Source: an uncultured delta proteobacterium
GTDB lineage: Bacteria > Desulfobacterota > Binatia > UBA9968
Direction: 5' to 3'
Length of the DNA stretch: 64,000 nt
Assembly: GCA_963727625.1 (NCBI GenBank)
Contig: CAVSHR010000004.1
Coordinates: 672,001 to 736,000, forward strand
The position numbers and the translations under genes are program-made. Position 1 is the first letter of the stretch. Each line of letters begins with the position of its first letter. A model generated the notes under the pieces. That model was not told the DNA's origin. It saw nothing but the letters and a program-made list of their open reading frames with translations, and did not search any database. This document shows, piece by piece, positions 28,651 through 38,980 of the stretch.

Positions 28651-30718
28651 CGCTTAACTCCGCGACGATATTCAATTTCTCGTCCACCTGTGCGCGGCCG
28701 CGCGGGCCCACAATCAAAGTCGACTCGCGCTCCTCGACGATCGCCGGCCCGCTTAATTCCATGCCGGGCGAAAGCCTGTAGCGATCATAGATCGCGGTAT
28801 CGATATAACCTTCGCGCTCAGGAAAATAAGCCGGACGAGACCCTTTACGCGCGTCGTTTCGCATGGCGGTGGCACGCGGCAGTTGCAAATTCATTTCCGG
28901 CCGCGGCCCGCTCGCCACGACACGCCAATTGATCACTTCCAACGGCACATCCGGCCCCTTGCGACCATACAATGCCTGATAGGTGTCTTCGAATTCGGCA
29001 CCGATGCGCGGCAAATCTTTGGCGCTCAAATCTCCATCCGGAAGCGCAACTGAAACTTCATGCCCCTGACCGACATAGCGCATATCGGCCGTGCGCTGAC
29101 AAACAATCTCGCGCGCCGAGACTCCGGAGCGTTCCAGTACCTTCCGTCCCTCCGCGGCCATTTCGTTTAGCAAACCGTTGGCGAACTGCCAACCGAGTTG
29201 ATCCAAGCGGCTGTAGGCGCTGCGCACGAAATCGAAAGCCAGCGGCGCCGAGAGCAAGCCAAACGTCGAGCCTACGCCGGCGCCGAAAGGCGAGATCAGC
29301 GCCGGCAGACGCAGGATCTCCGCGACGCGATAGCCGTGCACCGGGCCCGCCCCGCCGAAAGCGTACATCGGCATGCGGCGCGGATCTTTGCCGCGTTCGC
29401 CCAGGTGGGCGCGCGCCGCATTGGCCATGTTCTCGTTGACGATTTGATGAATACCCCAGGCCGTCTGCTCAGCGCTCATATGGAGCGGCTTGCCCAAACG
29501 GCCGAGGGCCCGGCGCGCGCCATCGAGATCCAATTGCATCTTGCCGCCGAGAAAATAATTTGGATCGAGATAGCCAAGCACCAAATCGGCATCGGTCACC
29601 GTCGGTTCAGTGCCGCCTTGGCGATAACAGACCGGCCCCGGATCGGCCCCTGAGCTATCCGGACCGACTTTTAACAATCCGAGAGAATCGACGCGCGCGA
29701 TGCTGCCGCCGCCGGCACCGATCTCGATCATGTCAATCACCGGAATGCGCACCGGAAGGCCGCTGCCTTTACGAAAACGATAAACCCGATCCACTTCGAA
29801 TTCGTGGGTCTTGAGCGGTTGGCCGTCTTCGATGACACAGAGCTTCGCTGTGGTCCCGCCCATGTCGAACGAAAGCAAATCCCGATGCCCCGAAACCAGC
29901 CCCGCCCGCGCCGCCGCTAAAGCCCCTGCCGCCGGGCCCGATTCGAGCAAGCGCACCGGAAAACGCGCAGCGGTCTGGCGAGTGGCAATGCCACCGCTCG
30001 ATAGCATGACGAAAAAGCTTCCGGCAAAACCGATTTTGTCTAATCTGGCTTGCAAACGCGCCAGATAATCCGCCACCCGCTCCTGCACGTAAACGTTCGC
30101 CAATGTCGTGCTGGTGCGCTGGAATTCGCGGATCTCGGCGACCACTTCGGAGCTGAGCGACACACGAATCTCCGGGGCTAATTCGGCGATGATCTCAGCG
30201 GTGCGCTTTTCATGCGCCGGATTGCGAAAGCTGTTGAGATAGCAAATACCGATGGCTTTGATCCCTTTGCGGCTGAGTTCCGCGACCAAACGCCGAACAA
30301 ACGCTTCGTCCAGACCCTGAAGCACACTGCCGTCGGCAGCGACTCGCTCGGGCACATCGAAGCGCAGGTGACGCGGCACCAGCGGCTTGGGCAGGTCGAG
30401 ATTGAGATCGTAGAGCTCGTAGCGATGCTCGCGGCCGATCTCCACCGCGTCGCGAAAGCCTGAAGTGGTGAGCAGCGCCGTCGGCGCGCCTTTGCGCTCG
30501 ATCAGCGCATTGGTAACCAAGGTGGTGCCGTGAATCAACGTGCCCCGCGCGCCGGCTATCACCGTACCGTTTTCCAGCGCGGGACGCACCGCGTTTTCCA
30601 CCGCCAGGCTCGGATCGCCCGCGGTGGTCAGCGTCTTGCCGATGATCGCGGCGCCGTCTTCGCCGACCAACAGCATGTCGGTAAAGGTTCCGCCGATGTC
30701 GATGCCGACGTGGTACAT
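28640..30718 (-). CDS. hyuA: Hydantoinase A/oxoprolinase family
   Basis: GIDIGGTFTD, HGTTLVTNA, ESGPAAG, DMGGTT, GAGGGSIA, PTVTDA. Confidence 0.94.
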   Translation of the reverse strand: MYHVGIDIGGTFTDMLLVGEDGAAIIGKTLTTAGDPSLAVENAVRPALENGTVIAGARGTLIHGTTLVTNALIERKGAPTALLTTSGFRDAVEIGREHRYELYDLNLDLPKPLVPRHLRFDVPERVAADGSVLQGLDEAFVRRLVAELSRKGIKAIGICYLNSFRNPAHEKRTAEIIAELAPEIRVSLSSEVVAEIREFQRTSTTLANVYVQERVADYLARLQARLDKIGFAGSFFVMLSSGGIATRQTAARFPVRLLESGPAAGALAAARAGLVSGHRDLLSFDMGGTTAKLCVIEDGQPLKTHEFEVDRVYRFRKGSGLPVRIPVIDMIEIGAGGGSIARVDSLGLLKVGPDSSGADPGPVCYRQGGTEPTVTDADLVLGYLDPNYFLGGKMQLDLDGARRALGRLGKPLHMSAEQTAWGIHQIVNENMANAARAHLGERGKDPRRMPMYAFGGAGPVHGYRVAEILRLPALISPFGAGVGSTFGLLSAPLAFDFVRSAYSRLDQLGWQFANGLLNEMAAEGRKVLERSGVSAREIVCQRTADMRYVGQGHEVSVALPDGDLSAKDLPRIGAEFEDTYQALYGRKGPDVPLEVINWRVVASGPRPEMNLQLPRATAMRNDARKGSRPAYFPEREGYIDTAIYDRYRLSPGMELSGPAIVEERESTLIVGPRGRAQVDEKLNIVAELSDEK

Positions 30719-30727
30719 ACGAAGTCA

Positions 30728-30799
30728 GTTCAAAAGCTCAAGGGTTCAAAGTTCAATCGTTTCAACTTCTTTTCTGACCTTGAACTCTTGAACCTTGAT
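30728..30799. repeat. GTTCAA/TTGAAC inverted tandem array
   Basis: GTTCAAAA GCTCAAGG GTTCAAA GTTCAATC GTTTCAA ... CCTTGAACT CTTGAAC CTTGAT. Confidence 0.75.
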
Positions 30800-30802
30800 C
30801 GT

Positions 30803-31822
30803 CTACTGCGCAAACAAATCGAGTAGCCGCTGGGCTTGATGCGCCGCCGCGGGTCTGAGCAGCGGGATTTTGACGCCGGCTTCGCGATACTGCTGCACGC
30901 GCTTCTTCACCGTGTCCGGCGTGCCGCTGGCGGTCATGCCTTCGACGTAGGAGTCGGGAATTGCTTTGATCAACCCTTCCATGCCGCCCGCGGCGTGGGC
31001 TTTCTCAAACAGCGGTATATCTTCTTTGCGGATATACGGCTCGCCGACGCGCATTTTCGGGGCAGCGATGAAAGAGATTTGCACCGGATCGAGCTTGGTC
31101 GCCACTTCCCAGCGCATCGCGTCGAGGGCTTTCTTGTGATCGTCTTCGATGGAACAATTGATAATCTGCGCCACTTCGAACTTGGAAAAATCCCGTCCCG
31201 CTTGCTCGGCCGACGCTTTGATAATCTTGAGCGCGTTGACCGTGTATTCCGGTGAACAGACCGCGTTCAAAACCACGCCGTCGCCCACCGCACCGGCCAA
31301 CTTCAAACCGATGGTTGCCGTCGCCGGGACGTAGAACGGAATATGCGGGCGGATCGGCTTCCATCCGAGCCCGACGTTATCGAAGTTGATGAATTTACCG
31401 CGATAGGAAACCTTTTCACCGGTGAAAAGCAGCCGCATGGATTCGATATACTCGCGCAGCACTTCGGTCGGCGTGGCGCCGACGTCCTGCGGCAGCGCGT
31501 GCACGCGCGCGTGACTCTTGGTGCAAGCGCCGGGGGCGGCGGTGATCCTGCCACCGGTCAATTCGTCCAGCGTCGCCAATGATTGCGCCATCACGACCGG
31601 ACCGCGCAGGCGCACGATCTGGGTCGTACCTAGCGTCATCTTTTGGGTCGCCAGACCGATGGCCGCCAAGGAGCTCACCGAGTCTCTCATCAGCTCGATC
31701 GTCTCGGAAAAAAAGGCCATCTCGAAGCCGCGCTCTTCCGCTTGCTTCATGACATCGGCCATCTCCCGCACATTGGTGAATTTACCGTAGCCTAGAGCGT
31801 ATCCGATCCGTTGTTTCGCCAT
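30803..31822 (-). CDS. LLM-class flavin/F420-dependent oxidoreductase
   Basis: AEERGFEMAFFSE, ATLDELTGGR, LAGAVGDGV, YREAGV. Confidence 0.88.
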   Translation of the reverse strand: MAKQRIGYALGYGKFTNVREMADVMKQAEERGFEMAFFSETIELMRDSVSSLAAIGLATQKMTLGTTQIVRLRGPVVMAQSLATLDELTGGRITAAPGACTKSHARVHALPQDVGATPTEVLREYIESMRLLFTGEKVSYRGKFINFDNVGLGWKPIRPHIPFYVPATATIGLKLAGAVGDGVVLNAVCSPEYTVNALKIIKASAEQAGRDFSKFEVAQIINCSIEDDHKKALDAMRWEVATKLDPVQISFIAAPKMRVGEPYIRKEDIPLFEKAHAAGGMEGLIKAIPDSYVEGMTASGTPDTVKKRVQQYREAGVKIPLLRPAAAHQAQRLLDLFAQ

Positions 31823-32097
31823 TTTTGAAATACTCCTCCCGACCCGCGGTGCTTGTCTCGGTCTTATCTCAAAGTCGCTCGGATTATAATCCGAATCGTC
31901 GGTGAACGCGACCGGCTGCCGTCGTGGTCCAAGAAAAACCAAATCGGCGGAACAGGTTTACAGATGATGAATACTCATATTATTCATTCAAGCCAATTCT
32001 GAACAATTGCTAGCCCAGAGAGGTGGCCGGTTTCAACCACGAGAGTATTGCGTAAGGATTGCCGTGGGGTAGCCTGATAACAGGAAGGAGACGAGCA

Positions 32098-33219
32098 ATG
32101 GCTAAGCGCGGCTTTAAAGCGATGGACTCCGACATGCATGTGTTCGAACCGGCGAACATGTGGCAACGCTACATCGACGCCAGATACCTCGACCACGCGC
32201 CTAAGGGGCTCAATCGCTCCTTCCGTGATTTAGGCATCGAGCTCGAAGGCAAGATCATGCCGATCCCGCGCCAGCCGGAAAATCCGGCCTTGGCCAAATA
32301 CCGCCAGGACTTCTTCGAGGAAAAGTATGGCGACGCCGGCAAGCGAAATTTCGACGGCGTTTCCCAACTGCAAGCGATGGACAAGGAAGGGCTCGACGTG
32401 GCGGTTTTGTTTCCGACGCGCGGGCTGACGGCATTGGGCATGGACGGCCTCGACCCCGACTTCGCCACCGCCATCGCCCGCGCCTACAACGATTGGCTCC
32501 ACGATTTCACCCAAGCCGATCGCACGCGCATGTACGGCGTCACCATGGTTGCACCCCATGATATCAGCGGATCCATCGAGGAAATCCGCCGCACGGTCAA
32601 CCAGTATGGCTTTCGCGGCATCTTTCTCAGGCCCAATCACGTCAACAACAAGAAATGGAGCGATCCTTACTACGATCCGCTATGGGCGGAATGCGAAAAG
32701 TTGAATCTACCGGTAGGGTTCCACGAAGCGGGTCGAGTCTATCTGCCGCAGCCGGCGTTCTTTCATATCTGCTCGACCTTTTCGATGTTCAACACCTTCG
32801 GTTTTCCGTTTGCCAACATGCTCGCCTGCGGCGACATGATTTTCGGCGGCGTGACGGAGCGTTTTCCGAAGCTGAAAGTGGCCTTCCTCGAAGGAAACTG
32901 CTCCTGGGCGCCCTGGCTGCTCTGGCGCATGGGCGAATATGCCGAGACCACCGGCCGGGCGGAGTATCCTTACCTGACCTTGACTCCTTTGGAATATTTC
33001 CAACGCCAGTGCTACGGCGCCGTCGAATGCGATGAAATCACCGCGCGCCATATCCCGGAGTACGGTCTCGAAGACAACATGGTGTTCTCCACCGACTACC
33101 CGCATCTCGACGTCAAATACCCCCACGCCATCGATACGTTTCTAGAGTTGCCCTTCTCCGAGCAGACCAAGCGAAAATATCTGTGGGACAACTGCGCGCG
33201 GCTCTATAACTTTGAATGA
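32098..33219 (+). CDS. Amidohydrolase_2 family protein
   Basis: MDSDMH, GFHE, FLEGNCSWAP, FSTDYPH; AGGAG RBS. Confidence 0.9.
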   Translation: MAKRGFKAMDSDMHVFEPANMWQRYIDARYLDHAPKGLNRSFRDLGIELEGKIMPIPRQPENPALAKYRQDFFEEKYGDAGKRNFDGVSQLQAMDKEGLDVAVLFPTRGLTALGMDGLDPDFATAIARAYNDWLHDFTQADRTRMYGVTMVAPHDISGSIEEIRRTVNQYGFRGIFLRPNHVNNKKWSDPYYDPLWAECEKLNLPVGFHEAGRVYLPQPAFFHICSTFSMFNTFGFPFANMLACGDMIFGGVTERFPKLKVAFLEGNCSWAPWLLWRMGEYAETTGRAEYPYLTLTPLEYFQRQCYGAVECDEITARHIPEYGLEDNMVFSTDYPHLDVKYPHAIDTFLELPFSEQTKRKYLWDNCARLYNFE

Positions 33220-33245
33220 CGAAACGAAGGCGGCGTTCGCAGCGG

Positions 33246-33551
33246 TCAGCACTTTTCCGCGTGCTGGATGACCTCGTGCATTTCAAAGACGTTAGGCCCG
33301 GCGAAAATTTCAGCGCGTGGGCGATTGTTGTGAGCTTCTTTGAATTCCGCGCTATCGGTCCAGGCACGAAAAGAGGCCTCGTCCTGCCAGTGTGTGACCA
33401 CGCTGTAGTAATCGCTCTTGATCGGCCGGAGGATCTCTAGACGCACGAACCCGGGCATTGTTTCCACCAATCTTGCCCGGCCCTCAAAACGTTTCTCGAA
33501 TTCCTGCTCATGCCCCTTGGCAACTTGAATGCGGTTCGAAACGACAATCAT
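33246..33551 (-). CDS. IsdG/HmoA-like ABM monooxygenase (putative heme-degrading)
   Basis: VSNRIQV..G...FEKRF, MPGF, W...F.AW..S..FKEAH (Asn/Trp/His pattern). Confidence 0.8.
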   Translation of the reverse strand: MIVVSNRIQVAKGHEQEFEKRFEGRARLVETMPGFVRLEILRPIKSDYYSVVTHWQDEASFRAWTDSAEFKEAHNNRPRAEIFAGPNVFEMHEVIQHAEKC

Positions 33552-33576
33552 GATCGGTCCCTTTCCATGGTTTAGG

Positions 33577-34344
33577 CTAAATGGCGATTTCCGCGATCAC
33601 CGGCGCGTGATCCGACGGCCTTTCCTTGGCGCGCATGTCCCGAATGATAGTACAACTCTTGCAGGCCTGGGCCAGCTCCGCCGTGAGCAGGATGTGATCG
33701 ATGCGCAGCCCTAAGTTGCGTTTGAAACCGTTCATGCGGTAATCCCACCAGCTGAAGGATTTATCCGGCTGCTCGAACAGCCGGAAGCTATCCTGCAGCC
33801 CCAACGAGACCATCTCTTTGAACGCCGTCTTTTCCGGATCGCTAAAGAGCACCTTGCCCGCCCAAGCCTTGGGATCGTGGACGTCGCGGTCCTCGGGCGC
33901 GATGTTGTAGTCGCCTAACACCGCGAGCCGCGGATAGCGGGCAATTTCTTCTTTCAAACAAGCATGGAGCCGGCGCAGCCAATCGAGCTTGTAAACGTAT
34001 TTCGCCGATTCGACGCTCTCGCCGTTGGGGATATAGACGCAGATAATTCGCACTCCGTTGACAACGGCGGAGATGATGCGCTTTTGCGGATCGTCGAAAT
34101 CAACGATTCCCTGCGTCACCTCCTGCGGCGCCTGCGGCGACAGAATCGCGACGCCGTTGTAAGTTTTCTGCCCGGAAAACACCGCCTGGTAGCCGGCCGC
34201 ATTGATTTCCGTCACAGGAAAGTTCGCGTCCTCGGACTTGGTTTCTTGCAGGCACAACGCATCGGGTTTATGCGCCGTGAGGAATTCCAACACCTGCGGC
34301 AGCCGCACCTTGAGAGAGTTAACGTTCCAGGTTGCAAGCTTCAT
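33577..34344 (-). CDS. xth: Exodeoxyribonuclease III
   Basis: MKLATWNVNS, CLQETK, GDYNIAP, SWWDYR, RIDHIL, PSDHAP. Confidence 0.97.
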   Translation of the reverse strand: MKLATWNVNSLKVRLPQVLEFLTAHKPDALCLQETKSEDANFPVTEINAAGYQAVFSGQKTYNGVAILSPQAPQEVTQGIVDFDDPQKRIISAVVNGVRIICVYIPNGESVESAKYVYKLDWLRRLHACLKEEIARYPRLAVLGDYNIAPEDRDVHDPKAWAGKVLFSDPEKTAFKEMVSLGLQDSFRLFEQPDKSFSWWDYRMNGFKRNLGLRIDHILLTAELAQACKSCTIIRDMRAKERPSDHAPVIAEIAI

Positions 34345-34471
34345 TATTTCCTCTATGACCCGATCAACCCATCCAATTCGAGCATTGCCGGTGCTTCACA
34401 CTCACTCGTTTCTACCGAGTTTATCGGCTTCAGTCAAAAATCGCTACACGAGGCGCACCAATAAATTCGCC

Positions 34472-35707
34472 TCATCGCTCGAGAGTTTCCTTGCCGACCA
34501 GGGCGAGCAGCAAGGCAGAGAGAAGCAACAGCGGCGCGTACACGAGAAACGGTATGCCGGGATTGTAACTGTTGGCCAGGTAGCCGCCGAGCAGCGGCGC
34601 CGCGCTGCTGCCCAACTCCGCGATGGTACGGCGCAACGCCTGCAAGCGCCCGCGCGCGTGCGCCGGAACCACATCGTAAGTCGATGTAGCCAGCGAGCCA
34701 AGTGACAATCCTTGCGCCAAACCCGCGATGCCGGTGAGCACGGCGAGTTGCATGAAACTATGCGTGAACGGTATCAACAAAAAGACCAGCGCGGGAATGC
34801 CGGTGCTCGGCACTGTGCACCATTTCCGCCCCACCCGGTCCATCAAGTAGCCGGCGGGCAGAATCATCGCGAAGACGATCATGCCCGAGATGCTGAATAG
34901 CATGCCCACCTGCGTCGGCGATAGGTGCAGATAATACGCCGCGTAAAGCGGCAGCATGCTCTGCACGATGACTCGCTGCGACTGATTGACCAGCGTGGCA
35001 AAAGCGATCGCGCAATAGGTCGGCCGCAGCGCCGGTTGAATTTCGTGATAGAGCCCCTTGAGCGCGCGCAGCCGATTCTTGATCTCCGCCGGTCCCCAGC
35101 CTCGGGGCGCATCCGGCGCATTCACCGGCTGCGGCGACAACGGCGCGTCGGGGACGAGGAAGCCGAGCGGCACTGACAGCGCGGTCGCAAACGCGTAACC
35201 CGCGAACGCCGCCTTGAAACTAAAAAGATCGGTAAGCCAGCCGCCGACGAGCGGGGAGAAAGCCGCGCCAATAGTGTAAACGCCGTGGAGCCCGCTGATC
35301 ACCCGGCCCCGCTGGTTTCTGTGCGCCAAATCGATGCCGGCTATTTCGCGAGCCGTCGCCCATAAACTATCGGCGGCGCCCATGATCAGCGACAAAAATA
35401 AAATCATGGAAAGCCACGGCGCCCATACCACGCAGAGCGCTGCCCCGCTGGCCGCCAGCGGCCCGATGACCAAGGCCACCCGGGTGCCCATCCGATCCAA
35501 AAGCACGCCGGCGATCACCGTGCCGACGAATTTGCCAATGGTGAAGGCGGTGATGATCTGCGCCGCGCCGCCCGCCGAGACGTCGAACTGGCGCGCCAGC
35601 ACCGCAATCGTCGGGATGATCATCGCCCATGCGCCGGAGAAAAACGTGCCGGCGTAAAGCGCAGTCAAACCGCGCACCGTGGGGTTCGTTACCATCGCCT
35701 TTAACAT
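34472..35707 (-). CDS. MFS transporter
   Basis: GVLLDRMGTR and GYLMDRVGRK motifs; about 12 TM segments. Confidence 0.88.
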   Translation of the reverse strand: MLKAMVTNPTVRGLTALYAGTFFSGAWAMIIPTIAVLARQFDVSAGGAAQIITAFTIGKFVGTVIAGVLLDRMGTRVALVIGPLAASGAALCVVWAPWLSMILFLSLIMGAADSLWATAREIAGIDLAHRNQRGRVISGLHGVYTIGAAFSPLVGGWLTDLFSFKAAFAGYAFATALSVPLGFLVPDAPLSPQPVNAPDAPRGWGPAEIKNRLRALKGLYHEIQPALRPTYCAIAFATLVNQSQRVIVQSMLPLYAAYYLHLSPTQVGMLFSISGMIVFAMILPAGYLMDRVGRKWCTVPSTGIPALVFLLIPFTHSFMQLAVLTGIAGLAQGLSLGSLATSTYDVVPAHARGRLQALRRTIAELGSSAAPLLGGYLANSYNPGIPFLVYAPLLLLSALLLALVGKETLER

Positions 35708-35735
35708 GAAAAGAGAAATTGCCGTCGCGCCGTGA

Positions 35736-36758
35736 TCATCTCGCGGCCGCGCGGTAGCGGGTTGCCAAACCCCGAAGGAACCTTTCCGTAAGCTCGGGCG
35801 TGGCCTCCGCAGAGAGCGCTTCCAAATCTTTGATGAGCGTTGTCAAATTTGGCGCCAGCTCGGCGAGTGCGGCGATGCGGTCAAAGTAACGGTAATAAGC
35901 CAGGTCATGGCTTAATTTCGCCTCGAGCACCGTGGGTTCATGTTGTCCTCGGGTCTGACGCTCGAATCGGCGCCGGTACGCCGGATAATTGTCCATTTGC
36001 TCAAGCACCTTTAACTTCGCTTCATCGACAGGCCATTGCGCGAACAACCGCTCTGCTTCGCCGGCCAACGCGATCAACTCGCGGGAAACCGTGCGCTCGT
36101 TTTTCAAAGATGTGGCGGCGTGATTCGCGTTGGCGTCGTCGCCGCGGCTGCGAAAAAATTCGAGCGCCGCCAACGAACCCAGCGGCGTGACGATCGCCTC
36201 TTCCTGTTCCCAAGGCAGGGCGAAGTTCGCGTCACCATGAAGATCCTCGTGCAGAATCACGACGACCCGGCGCACGATGGGTTCGGCGGCAAAACCGACG
36301 GTGGCAACCGCGCGGGAGTCGGAAAACTCGTTGCCCTGGCGATAGTAAACGCTGTAGCCGTCAACGCGATACACTTGCTCGATTTTTAGCCGCTCTTTTT
36401 CGGCGCTGAAACCAATGGCCATGCGAATGTCGATGGGGCGGCGCAGTGCCAGGGTACCGGCGCGCTGCATCCATAGCCACAACATCGAGAGTGCCGGTCC
36501 ATCGCGCGCCGTCCGGCTGAGCGCCGGCGTCGGCTCGATGCCAATAGATTTGCCGAAGGCTTTGACCTCTTCGATCAGGCGCGCGGTTTGTTCGAGTTTG
36601 ACCGCCCCTTCTTCAGTGCGCCGCGGGATCGTGGCGCAAGATGTCAAGGACAAACCAGCGCAGAGCGCCAAGACGATGCCCGCGCGAGCCTCGAAACCAA
36701 ATCCACGCCGCCGCTTTGCGCCGGCGAATCGTAATTTTACCTGAAACAGACAGGTCAC
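35736..36758 (-). CDS. Putative lipoprotein zinc (amino)peptidase-like protein
   Basis: Lipobox-like LSLTSC; HEDLH (HExxH) followed by EE; start uncertain. Confidence 0.55.
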   Translation of the reverse strand: MTCLFQVKLRFAGAKRRRGFGFEARAGIVLALCAGLSLTSCATIPRRTEEGAVKLEQTARLIEEVKAFGKSIGIEPTPALSRTARDGPALSMLWLWMQRAGTLALRRPIDIRMAIGFSAEKERLKIEQVYRVDGYSVYYRQGNEFSDSRAVATVGFAAEPIVRRVVVILHEDLHGDANFALPWEQEEAIVTPLGSLAALEFFRSRGDDANANHAATSLKNERTVSRELIALAGEAERLFAQWPVDEAKLKVLEQMDNYPAYRRRFERQTRGQHEPTVLEAKLSHDLAYYRYFDRIAALAELAPNLTTLIKDLEALSAEATPELTERFLRGLATRYRAAAR

Positions 36759-37636
36759 ATCGCAAACAAGCTCGCTACCGGCACCCGGCGCGGGATTTGC
36801 CCCACTTCGAGCAGCAACTCCATTTCGGCCTCGGCGAGCCTTTGCTCATTCTCGGTGAAGGTGAATTCGATTCTGGGATAACGGGCCGAAGCGAGCAGCG
36901 CCTCTTTGTCGCCGCCGTAGCGCGCGATGAAAGTGTCGGCGATCTCGTTGAGGTGCGCTTCGCTGTAAGCGAACGACGCGCGGAAGGCCTGCAGCAACCT
37001 GTCTTTGATACCGGGATGTTGCTCCAAGAGATCCTCGCGCGCCGCAACCATATGTTTGATCAACTCGTCGAAGCCGTTAAGCTTCTGCCAAGCCTCGCCG
37101 TCCGTGTAAAGACAGCGCACGCCATCGGCCGTTTCGCCGCGGAAAAAGAAATGATCGAGCAACACCACCGCGTCCGCCTTGCCGGCCATGAGCGCGTCGA
37201 GCAATTTTTCCTGCGGATAAGACTCCCAGCGCAATTTCCTGTCGTCGACACCGTAGACCCGCCGGAGCAAATACTGGTGGATCGCATGCAAGCCCTGATG
37301 CGTCGCGATGAGCCGTCCTTCGAGGTCTTTCGGCGTCCCAATCGGGCCATCCGCGCACACGAATATGCCGTTGCCCTTCCTCGTCGACTTCCACTCCGTC
37401 GCTAAGCCGATGATCGGTGCGCCTTGCAGCTTGCGCCGGAAAAAGTTCGGCAGATACAGATTCGCCGCCTGCACGTCGCCGCGAATCAACGCCTCCTCCT
37501 GCTCCTTGCTCGGCGGATCCGGCAACTCGATGACATTCACGGCAATACCGTCCGCCCTCACCTTACCCACGGCCAAAGCGTAATAGGTGCGAAACATGCA
37601 GAAGCGGTTGCGATAATGGGCAAAGGTAATATTCAT
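36755..37636 (-). CDS. NMT1/THI5-MqnA/D-like substrate-binding-fold protein
   Basis: TPKDLEGRLIAT, LMAGKADAVV, AFRASFAY; no clear signal peptide. Confidence 0.7.
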   Translation of the reverse strand: MNITFAHYRNRFCMFRTYYALAVGKVRADGIAVNVIELPDPPSKEQEEALIRGDVQAANLYLPNFFRRKLQGAPIIGLATEWKSTRKGNGIFVCADGPIGTPKDLEGRLIATHQGLHAIHQYLLRRVYGVDDRKLRWESYPQEKLLDALMAGKADAVVLLDHFFFRGETADGVRCLYTDGEAWQKLNGFDELIKHMVAAREDLLEQHPGIKDRLLQAFRASFAYSEAHLNEIADTFIARYGGDKEALLASARYPRIEFTFTENEQRLAEAEMELLLEVGQIPRRVPVASLFAM

Positions 37637-37658
37637 CAACTTCCCCGTGGGAATCTGC

Positions 37659-37736
37659 GGTTCAAAGTTCAAGGTTCAACGTAGGGAAACCGCCCCGTGA
37701 CTCAAACCTTGAACTTTGAACATTGAACCTTGAACG
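37659..37736. repeat. GTTCAA/TTGAAC inverted heptamer array
   Basis: GGTTCAA AGTTCAA GGTTCAA CG ... CCTTGAAC TTTGAAC ATTGAAC CTTGAACG. Confidence 0.8.
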
Positions 37737-37741
37737 GCAAT

Positions 37742-38980
37742 TTACGATTTCGCCACTTCTTGCTTTTTCCGATTGCAGATATCCAACGCCGCCATGGCGT
37801 AGACCTTGGCGCAATTCACCATATTGCTAATCCCCACGCCGCGGCGCACGCCGGTGGGCGAATCCCACTCTGCACCCGCCTTGGTTTCCGTCGGGTCGAC
37901 CAAGTGCGTGCCAAATCCCGGGCCGTAGGTGATGACCGGGACGCCGTATTGAGCGACCCGCGAGCCGTCGCTGGTAATTCCGTAGCGGATCGGTTTGGCG
38001 TAAGGCACGGGCTGACCGAATACCGTCCGATGCGCTCGCTCCATGGTTTTGACCACATGTTCGCTCTTGGCAATTTCATAGCCGGGCGTGGTGAGATAGA
38101 GCTCGACGCGAATGTCGAGAATATCGCTCTCGCGCTTTCTCACCTTTTCACATACTTGTTCGATATCCCTTTTGATCGCCAGTGGCACCGCGCCGGGCAG
38201 CATCTTGACGATGACAAAAATATCCGTCGTCGGCCGGGTCCCGGGTTTAAACGGATTGCCGCCTTCGATGGCGCCGATCTGTACGGTCGGCAGCATAAAT
38301 TTGTGCGGGTTTTTACGCTGATATTCTTTTTCCCAGTCTTGAATCGCTTGCGCCACTTTGCAGGCCGCGAGGACAAACTTGGTCGCCTTGCCGTCGACGC
38401 TCACACGCGCCCAAAGCAGGCCGGCGTTGCCGATCTGCAACTGCAATCCGGTCGGCTCGCCGATGATACAGATATCGGCCATCACCCCATGGTCCATCAG
38501 ATAGCGCGCGCCGACACCGGCGCCGCGGTAAGTCTTGCCTTGAAATCTGCCAATCTGCGCCTTTTCGATCTCGCCGACGACACCGGCGATGATCACGTCC
38601 CCCTTGAGCGTGAGACCGGACTTTTGGATGGCCGATAAAGCTTCGATGTAACAGGGAAACGCCGCCTTCATATTGACCAGACCGCGACCGTAAATGCGTT
38701 CCTCCTCCACCAGCGTTTCTTGCGGATTGTCGAAGTGGTCCATGTGCGCATTGAACATCAGCGTGGCGCCATCACCGGTCCCTTTAAGCGTCCCGACCAC
38801 GTTGGGTCGGCCGTCTTCGACGTACTGATACTCGACCTGCATGCCGAGCCTTTCGAACTCGCTGCCGAGATACCTCGCGACCTCTTCCTCTTCGCCCGTG
38901 ATGCTGACGATGTTGGCCAGATTACAGGCCATTTCGACGATGCGGTCCCGATCCACCTGTCCCAATACTTCCTCTTCCAT
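37742..38980 (-). CDS. M20 family metallopeptidase/deacylase (ArgE/DapE-like)
   Basis: FNAHMDH, YGRGLVNMK, VGEIE, IIGEPT, YGPG; GAGGAG RBS. Confidence 0.88.
   Translation of the reverse strand: MEEEVLGQVDRDRIVEMACNLANIVSITGEEEEVARYLGSEFERLGMQVEYQYVEDGRPNVVGTLKGTGDGATLMFNAHMDHFDNPQETLVEEERIYGRGLVNMKAAFPCYIEALSAIQKSGLTLKGDVIIAGVVGEIEKAQIGRFQGKTYRGAGVGARYLMDHGVMADICIIGEPTGLQLQIGNAGLLWARVSVDGKATKFVLAACKVAQAIQDWEKEYQRKNPHKFMLPTVQIGAIEGGNPFKPGTRPTTDIFVIVKMLPGAVPLAIKRDIEQVCEKVRKRESDILDIRVELYLTTPGYEIAKSEHVVKTMERAHRTVFGQPVPYAKPIRYGITSDGSRVAQYGVPVITYGPGFGTHLVDPTETKAGAEWDSPTGVRRGVGISNMVNCAKVYAMAALDICNRKKQEVAKS

Noticed and set aside
33246-33251. C-terminal Cys-TGA of the IsdG-like gene as a CU selenoprotein motif
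   Set aside because: The domain is already complete, there is no SECIS-like hairpin at the 11-nt spacing, and readthrough would run into the convergent gene.
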